From: a virus
Lineage: Duplodnaviria > Caudoviricetes
Strand: one strand, 5' to 3'
Virus record (IMG/VR): IMGVR_UViG_3300037045_000088
Span: 1 to 31,021 of that record
DNA length: 31,021 nucleotides
Shown one piece after another: positions 26,817-31,021 of this stretch. How positions within the stretch are numbered: the first letter of the stretch is position 1; each line of letters starts with the position of its first letter. The notes under the pieces were generated by a model, which was given only the letters and a program-made list of their open reading frames with translations, was not told the origin of the DNA and searched no databases. A program made the translations under genes and the position numbers.

Positions 26817-27109
26817 TGGCACTTATTAAAGAAAAAATGACACAGTTCGGCATGGTGGCTGACTATTGGAAAATAGGAATGATTTCAATAGATAGAGATA
26901 GAGAAGAAGCAAGTTATTCAATTAACTTATATCTAAATAGAGATGCTACCTCTTTTATTGAAAGCATGTCAGTATCCTTGTTAGGTCTTACAGATAAAAC
27001 AGAATATAGAGAATATTTTGGTGGCAGTAATTACACTAGCATTGTCAATGCTTGTTATGAACACGCAAAAGCCAAAGTTGATTATTTTAAAAACGCAGTA
27101 AACGGTTAA
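26816..27109 (+). CDS. Hypothetical, possible fibre chaperone
   Basis: TAATG coupling, GGAGGTG RBS. Confidence 0.65.
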   Translation: MALIKEKMTQFGMVADYWKIGMISIDRDREEASYSINLYLNRDATSFIESMSVSLLGLTDKTEYREYFGGSNYTSIVNACYEHAKAKVDYFKNAVNG

Positions 27110-27120
27110 GGAGTTGAAAG

Positions 27121-27504
27121 ATGTGTTTAGTAACCCAAGATAAAGAGTGTGGTCGTGCTATTATGGCCACAGAGGAACTAGCAAAAACCTCAGAGAGAAA
27201 GCTTTCAGAAACTATTAATCAGGTAACACAAATAGATAATAAAGTAACTATTATAGGTTTGGCGGTTGATAAACTAGTTTCAAAGCATGAGAAAGAAGAA
27301 CAGGATATTATCAACCGGCTAAAAGAGAAATTGGCTGAAAAAGATGAGGAAATGGCCGAGAAAGCAGAAGAAGCTCAGAAAAAGAAAGAACTAGCTGATA
27401 CCAGAAGGTGGCAAGTAATTGTTTTAGGTCTAACTACTTTCTTTAGTGTAGCTGGTTCAATAATATTAGCACTTATAATGATTAAATCTGGTTTAGGAAA
27501 ATAG
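27121..27504 (+). CDS. Coiled-coil protein with single C-terminal TM (XhlA-like lysis accessory)
   Basis: Heptads then RRWQVIVLGLTTFFSVAGSIILALIMI. Confidence 0.65.
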   Translation: MCLVTQDKECGRAIMATEELAKTSERKLSETINQVTQIDNKVTIIGLAVDKLVSKHEKEEQDIINRLKEKLAEKDEEMAEKAEEAQKKKELADTRRWQVIVLGLTTFFSVAGSIILALIMIKSGLGK

Positions 27505-27519
27505 AAAGGAGAAAAGAAA

Positions 27520-27708
27520 ATGGAAAATATCAAAAAAAGATTGAAAAGCCCAGTAGTTCAAATTCAATTGATTTCAATAGTTGTAGGAGTGATAATATTT
27601 TTTGCTCCGAATATTGAACAAGCAGTTCAAGTAGTAAGTGGTGCCTTAATAGCAATAATTAACGTAGTAGCAGGACTGAATAACCCTGCTGATCGTGAAA
27701 ATTGGTAA
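27520..27708 (+). CDS. Holin (2 TM)
   Basis: KRLKSPVV.. two hydrophobic helices ..GLNNP. Confidence 0.8.
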   Translation: MENIKKRLKSPVVQIQLISIVVGVIIFFAPNIEQAVQVVSGALIAIINVVAGLNNPADRENW

Positions 27709-27709
27709 T

Positions 27710-27859
27710 ATGTGCTTTAAGGAGAGCTTTGAACATTATCTAATATCCAAAGAGGGACATAGTGATAAATGGATTCCTTTAGAGATGAAAGATAAGTACA
27801 AATCAGATGGCTGGAAAGTAGTTAAAAAAGTAAATTTAAAGCGAAAGAGGGAAGATTAA
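27710..27859 (+). CDS. Possible 49 aa ORF between holin and lysin
   Basis: Starts 1 nt after holin stop; MCFKESFEHYLISKEGHSDKWIP..GWKVVKKV; no clear RBS. Confidence 0.45.
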   Translation: MCFKESFEHYLISKEGHSDKWIPLEMKDKYKSDGWKVVKKVNLKRKRED

Positions 27860-27876
27860 GTTCTTTCCTCTTTTTT
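27844..27876 (+). terminator. Terminator-like hairpin just upstream of endolysin
   Basis: AAAGAGGGAAGA-TTAAGT-TCTTTCCTCTTT plus T-run. Confidence 0.65.
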
Positions 27877-27892
27877 AGTATAGGAGGATGAA

Positions 27893-28885
27893 ATGCAAAA
27901 ACTAACAATTGTAAACGGTATTATTCAAGACAAGTTTATTGATGGAATACCAGTAATAATAGATATAGTTCAACCTAGTGGAATAAAGAACGTGAGAAGA
28001 ATAGGAACTCAAATGATTCCTATTGGAGTGGCAACACATGAAACAGGAAACTCTAGTCCAACAGCTAATGATACAAACCATGCTCTCTATCTTCAAAATT
28101 TAGAGAACCAAGATAAGGTATATCTATCAGCTCACATATTCATAGATGATGATTCAATTACACAGACATTGCCATTAAATGAACCGGCCTGGCATGCAGG
28201 TGATGGAGCTAATGGTATAGGTAACTCAAGATATATTGCAGTTGAGATATGTGTTAATAGAAACGTATTGCAAGCAAGAGCTAACGGACAGTCTATTATA
28301 GCTTCATTGATAGTATCTATACCAGGATGTAATGATCTAAAGCCTCATCAAGCTTTTTCGAGTAAGAACTGTCCAGCTAGAATTCTAGCAGAGACAAATG
28401 GTTGGGCTAACTTTGTAGTTGGTGTTAAACATAAGATGAGCTTGATTAATAGAATCTTTAACCCAATTCCAACACCTCCTAAGGCACCAGCTCCTATTGC
28501 TTCGACCGTGGATATTACAGGTTCAGTTTGGGGCTATAAAACCGCAGCTGATGCTTTAGCTGATAGGAATAGAGTAAGAGTAGTTCCGGTTGGAACCTAT
28601 CCAATAATGATTAAACATGCTTCAGGGGCATGGAACATCGGAGCTGGTTACTTGTACTGGATTAACCCTGCTATGATCACTAAAGTAAATACTGTAGTTA
28701 CATCTAATCAAGTAACCATAACTAAGCAAGTATGGGGCTATAAAACAGCTTCAGATGCAATTAGCGGCAAGAATAAGATTAGAATAGTGCCTAGAGGGAC
28801 ATATCCTATCATGATTAAGCATAAGAGTGGTGCCTGGAATATTGGCAAGGGGTATATATATTGGATAAATCCTAAAGATTTGTAA
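27893..28885 (+). CDS. Endolysin, Amidase_2 N-acetylmuramoyl-L-alanine amidase with two C-terminal repeats
   Basis: HETGN, SAHIFIDD, AWHAGDG, IAVEIC, PHQ..KNCP; Pro-rich linker. Confidence 0.93.
   Translation: MQKLTIVNGIIQDKFIDGIPVIIDIVQPSGIKNVRRIGTQMIPIGVATHETGNSSPTANDTNHALYLQNLENQDKVYLSAHIFIDDDSITQTLPLNEPAWHAGDGANGIGNSRYIAVEICVNRNVLQARANGQSIIASLIVSIPGCNDLKPHQAFSSKNCPARILAETNGWANFVVGVKHKMSLINRIFNPIPTPPKAPAPIASTVDITGSVWGYKTAADALADRNRVRVVPVGTYPIMIKHASGAWNIGAGYLYWINPAMITKVNTVVTSNQVTITKQVWGYKTASDAISGKNKIRIVPRGTYPIMIKHKSGAWNIGKGYIYWINPKDL
28508..28873 (+). repeat. Two ~54 aa cell-wall-binding repeats (28508-28669, 28712-28873)
   Basis: VWGYKTA.DA..N..R.VP.GTYPIMIKH.SGAWNIG.GY.YWINP twice. Confidence 0.9.
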
Positions 28886-28892
28886 GTTTAAG

Positions 28893-28915
28893 AAGGGGAG
28901 CGAAAGCTCCCTTTT
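28893..28915 (+). terminator. Late operon terminator
   Basis: GGGAGC-GAAA-GCTCCC-TTTT. Confidence 0.85.
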
Positions 28916-29159
28916 ATCAATACGATTTTATTGGAGTTTATAAGAACAATTAATTACCCATATTGTGCTATAATGTCTCCTATTGCTTCATAGTGTCTTA
29001 TAATGTCATTAAAAATCTTTACTTAATGTATCTTTTTTGATATTATTTATATAGAAATGTAACTAAATTATTATATTTTTAGCAATATTCGTATTAAATT
29101 TTTAACATTATTATGAAATAATGTTATTTTTGTTATATTTTTAAGAGGAGGAATTCAAA

Positions 29160-29351
29160 ATGGGAACAGACTTTTTATTTGCTAAACCGTCATGTCTAAG
29201 AGGTATTTCAAGAATCTTAGATATTGGGGCTACTGGTAATCTATATAATGAATCTAAAACAATTGAAGAAGCTGATTTCAAAGCACTTAAATCAGATTGG
29301 CAAGTTGTTGGTAATGATATGAGGTATGCTCTTGATGAGTACTCAAAATAA
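29160..29351 (+). CDS. Moron small protein (partner of DUF2335-like gene)
   Basis: GAGGAGG RBS; ADFKALKSDWQVVGNDM motif. Confidence 0.8.
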   Translation: MGTDFLFAKPSCLRGISRILDIGATGNLYNESKTIEEADFKALKSDWQVVGNDMRYALDEYSK

Positions 29352-29859
29352 GAAGAAAAAGAAGAAAATCGACAAGCTAATTAAGCCGAAAAATGCAGAA
29401 GAACAACAAGTAAAACTGGATGAAAACGAAATAGCAATAGTTGAACAGTTAGAAAAACTTTCACCTGTTCAAAGAAAACATGTTATACAGACAGTTGTTA
29501 AGGAAGAATATTCAGGCCCGATACCACCACCTGAAATGTTAAAGCAATTTAATGATATAATTCCTGACGGAGCTGATAGAATAATGAAAATGGCTGAATC
29601 ACAATCAATGCATAGGCAGGAAATAGAAAAAATGGCTGTGATGTCTAACGTTGATAATAGTAAACGTGGACAAAGATATGCTTTGATAATTTCAATTTGT
29701 ATTTTAATCGCTGGATTGGGTAATATTAGTTTTGGTAATAATTGGGCAGGTTTCTCTTTAGTTGTCGGTAATATTGCTACTTTATCAGGATTATTTATAT
29801 ATGGAAAAAACAGTGAGAGAAAAGAAAGAATCGAAAAAAATAGACAAATAAATGAGTAA
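29335..29859 (+). CDS. DUF2335-like membrane protein
   Basis: YSGPIPPPEMLKQFNDIIPDGADRIMKMAE..HRQEIE plus two TM helices; GAGGT RBS favours 29335. Confidence 0.85.
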   Translation: MSTQNKKKKKKIDKLIKPKNAEEQQVKLDENEIAIVEQLEKLSPVQRKHVIQTVVKEEYSGPIPPPEMLKQFNDIIPDGADRIMKMAESQSMHRQEIEKMAVMSNVDNSKRGQRYALIISICILIAGLGNISFGNNWAGFSLVVGNIATLSGLFIYGKNSERKERIEKNRQINE

Positions 29860-29864
29860 TAGTT

Positions 29865-29893
29865 ATAAGGAGCTTCGGCTCCTTATTTTTTTT
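29865..29893 (+). terminator. Intrinsic terminator
   Basis: ATAAGGAGC-TTCG-GCTCCTTAT plus T-run. Confidence 0.92.
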
Positions 29894-29930
29894 GTCACTA
29901 ATATGATATAATGATTAAAAATGAGGTGGA

Positions 29931-30287
29931 GTGATAAAAATGATTGAATATAAAAAAATGAATAATAAAGAACTGGCCAGTGTGATTGTAGGACACATGG
30001 ATAGATTGAATGCCTTGAGGGAGTTAGACTCATTAGCAAGTATTCAATCCGAATATAAAAAATTAAAAGCTGAAATAAAAGAAATAGCACACTATTGTGA
30101 TTTAAAGAGAAATGAGAATGATGAGGATGTTATTTATGTAACTTTTTGTTCAAATTATCTAGAAGCAAATGCGCATGGATTTATTGAACCAGTTAACTCG
30201 AGAAATAAAGTTGAATTATTAAACTCAGTTGAAGAGGCAGAGTATAAACTTAGTAAACATTTTGAGTGGAAGGATTTTATAAAATAA
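29931..30287 (+). CDS. Stand-alone helical moron protein
   Basis: TGATATAAT at 29905-29913 and GAGGTGG RBS; start may be 29931 or 29940. Confidence 0.75.
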   Translation: MIKMIEYKKMNNKELASVIVGHMDRLNALRELDSLASIQSEYKKLKAEIKEIAHYCDLKRNENDEDVIYVTFCSNYLEANAHGFIEPVNSRNKVELLNSVEEAEYKLSKHFEWKDFIK

Positions 30288-30368
30288 ATATAATATTCAT
30301 GTAAAATCTCCGCAAAAACAACCAACTCCAACCATTAAATACCAAAACCATAACCAGGGGGTGATGAA

Positions 30369-30491
30369 ATGGATCTAGAGTTGGTTAGACATCTGATAGA
30401 GGATGTAATTGATGAGTGGTATTGTTATGGTGAGATTGGCCTTGTAGAAGTTTCTATGTTAGAAATGGCGATAGTAGAGTTGAATAAGTAG
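30369..30491 (+). CDS. Small acidic protein, 40 aa
   Basis: GGGGGTGA RBS; MDLELVRHLIEDVIDEWYCYGEIGLVEVSMLEMAIVELNK. Confidence 0.6.
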   Translation: MDLELVRHLIEDVIDEWYCYGEIGLVEVSMLEMAIVELNK

Positions 30492-30516
30492 TATATTTTT
30501 AGTGAGGTGTAGTATT

Positions 30517-30696
30517 ATGTTTTATAGAGCAAAAGATATTGCTGCAATAACTGGTTTAAGTTTAAGTAGTGCAAATAGAATTATTCAAAACATCAATAAA
30601 AGATTAAGAGACCAAGGTTATTTGACTCTTAAAGGTAAAGTTTTAAAAACTGCTTTTGAAAGTGCATTTGGAGAAATCACAGAAGAAACTAAATGA
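30517..30696 (+). CDS. Excisionase/RDF-like HTH protein next to attP
   Basis: MFYRAKDIAAITGLSLSSANRIIQNINKRLRDQGYLTLKGKVLK; GAGGTG RBS. Confidence 0.75.
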   Translation: MFYRAKDIAAITGLSLSSANRIIQNINKRLRDQGYLTLKGKVLKTAFESAFGEITEETK

Positions 30697-30721
30697 AAGA
30701 AGAGCTTTAGCGCGCTTCTTT

Positions 30722-30744
30722 TTGGGCCTAAATTGGGCTTATTT
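30722..30744 (+). repeat. Integrase arm-type sites, left pair
   Basis: TTGGGCCT (30722) and TTGGGCTTATTT (30733), 11-bp period. Confidence 0.65.
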
Positions 30745-30844
30745 AATCGGAATTTATACACCTATTAAAAGAATGTAAATAACATACAATGGCTATAATA
30801 GGTGTTTAATATCTTAATATTACTTCTAATATATAAGCATCTAC

Positions 30845-30863
30845 AATCCCATCTCTCGCACCA
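30845..30863 (+). other. attP core = tRNA 3' end (probably tRNA-Leu)
   Basis: AAT-CCCAT-CTCTCGC-A-CCA parses as T-loop end, T-stem, acceptor strand, discriminator, CCA; 5 bp from int stop. Confidence 0.8.
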
Positions 30864-30868
30864 GTACT

Positions 30869-31021
30869 TTAAAAGTCCTTATTTATAGGGCTTTTTTTAT
30901 TGTCTGAATCGCTCTGGGCTTGTTTTGGGCTTATTTTATTTAGAAGTGTATTATTCATTAGATCAGATGCATCAATTATATTTTGTTCATAAAGGTGGCC
31001 ATATGTCCTTTTAATTTGTTC
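30869..31021 (-). CDS. int: Tyrosine integrase, C-terminal 50 aa
   Basis: EQIKRTYGHLYEQNIIDASDLMNN...KDF*; TYGHL carries the catalytic Tyr missing from the 1-1004 part. Confidence 0.88.
   Translation of the reverse strand, partial: EQIKRTYGHLYEQNIIDASDLMNNTLLNKISPKQAQSDSDNKKSPINKDF
30871..30898 (+). terminator. Terminator after att core, overlapping int 3' end
   Basis: AAGTCCT-TATTTAT-AGGGCTT plus T-run. Confidence 0.7.
30914..30936 (+). repeat. Integrase arm-type sites, right pair (inside int coding sequence)
   Basis: CTGGGCTT (30914) and TTGGGCTTATTT (30925), 11-bp period. Confidence 0.65.

Larger units (their letters stand above)
1..31021. mobile_element. Temperate siphophage genome, near-complete, circularly permuted, attP form
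   Basis: Full lysogeny-replication-packaging-head-tail-lysis gene order; integrase continues across the window ends; attP present; no host genes seen. Confidence 0.95.

Noticed and set aside
30845-30863. tRNA gene
   Set aside because: Only the 3' 19 nt are present, with no upstream D or anticodon arms; treated as att core.
1-31021. CRISPR array, stop-codon recoding, introns/inteins
   Set aside because: No spaced repeat array; genes tile densely in the standard code with TAA, TAG and TGA all used as stops; core genes have normal lengths.

Overview
The window is a nearly complete, circularly permuted ~31 kb temperate siphophage genome from a low-GC Firmicute (Bacillota), in its excised (attP) form. 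The tyrosine integrase is split across the two ends: N-terminal part 1004->1, C-terminal part with the catalytic Tyr 31021->30869, with an estimated 22-28 nt missing at the join. The attP core matches a tRNA 3' end (probably tRNA-Leu). Module order: lysogeny (int, DEDDh exonuclease-TM2 fusion, ImmA-like protein, cI), cro/early genes with two counter-oriented morons, antirepressor, SSB, replisome organiser with ori, HNH cassette, RinA/ArpU-like late activator, HNH + P-loop protein, likely cos, terminases, portal, ClpP-type protease, HK97 capsid, connectors, tail (with -1 frameshift chaperone), lysis, then morons, a second Xis-like gene and attP. Most notable: (1) a membrane-tethered 3'-5' exonuclease in the immunity operon; (2) a strand-polar, over-represented octamer AGAGGGAC; (3) an HNH / P-loop pair sharing a C-terminal EKW tail; (4) a small-ORF + DUF2335-like moron. 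All family calls come from motif recognition by eye; no database search was run.
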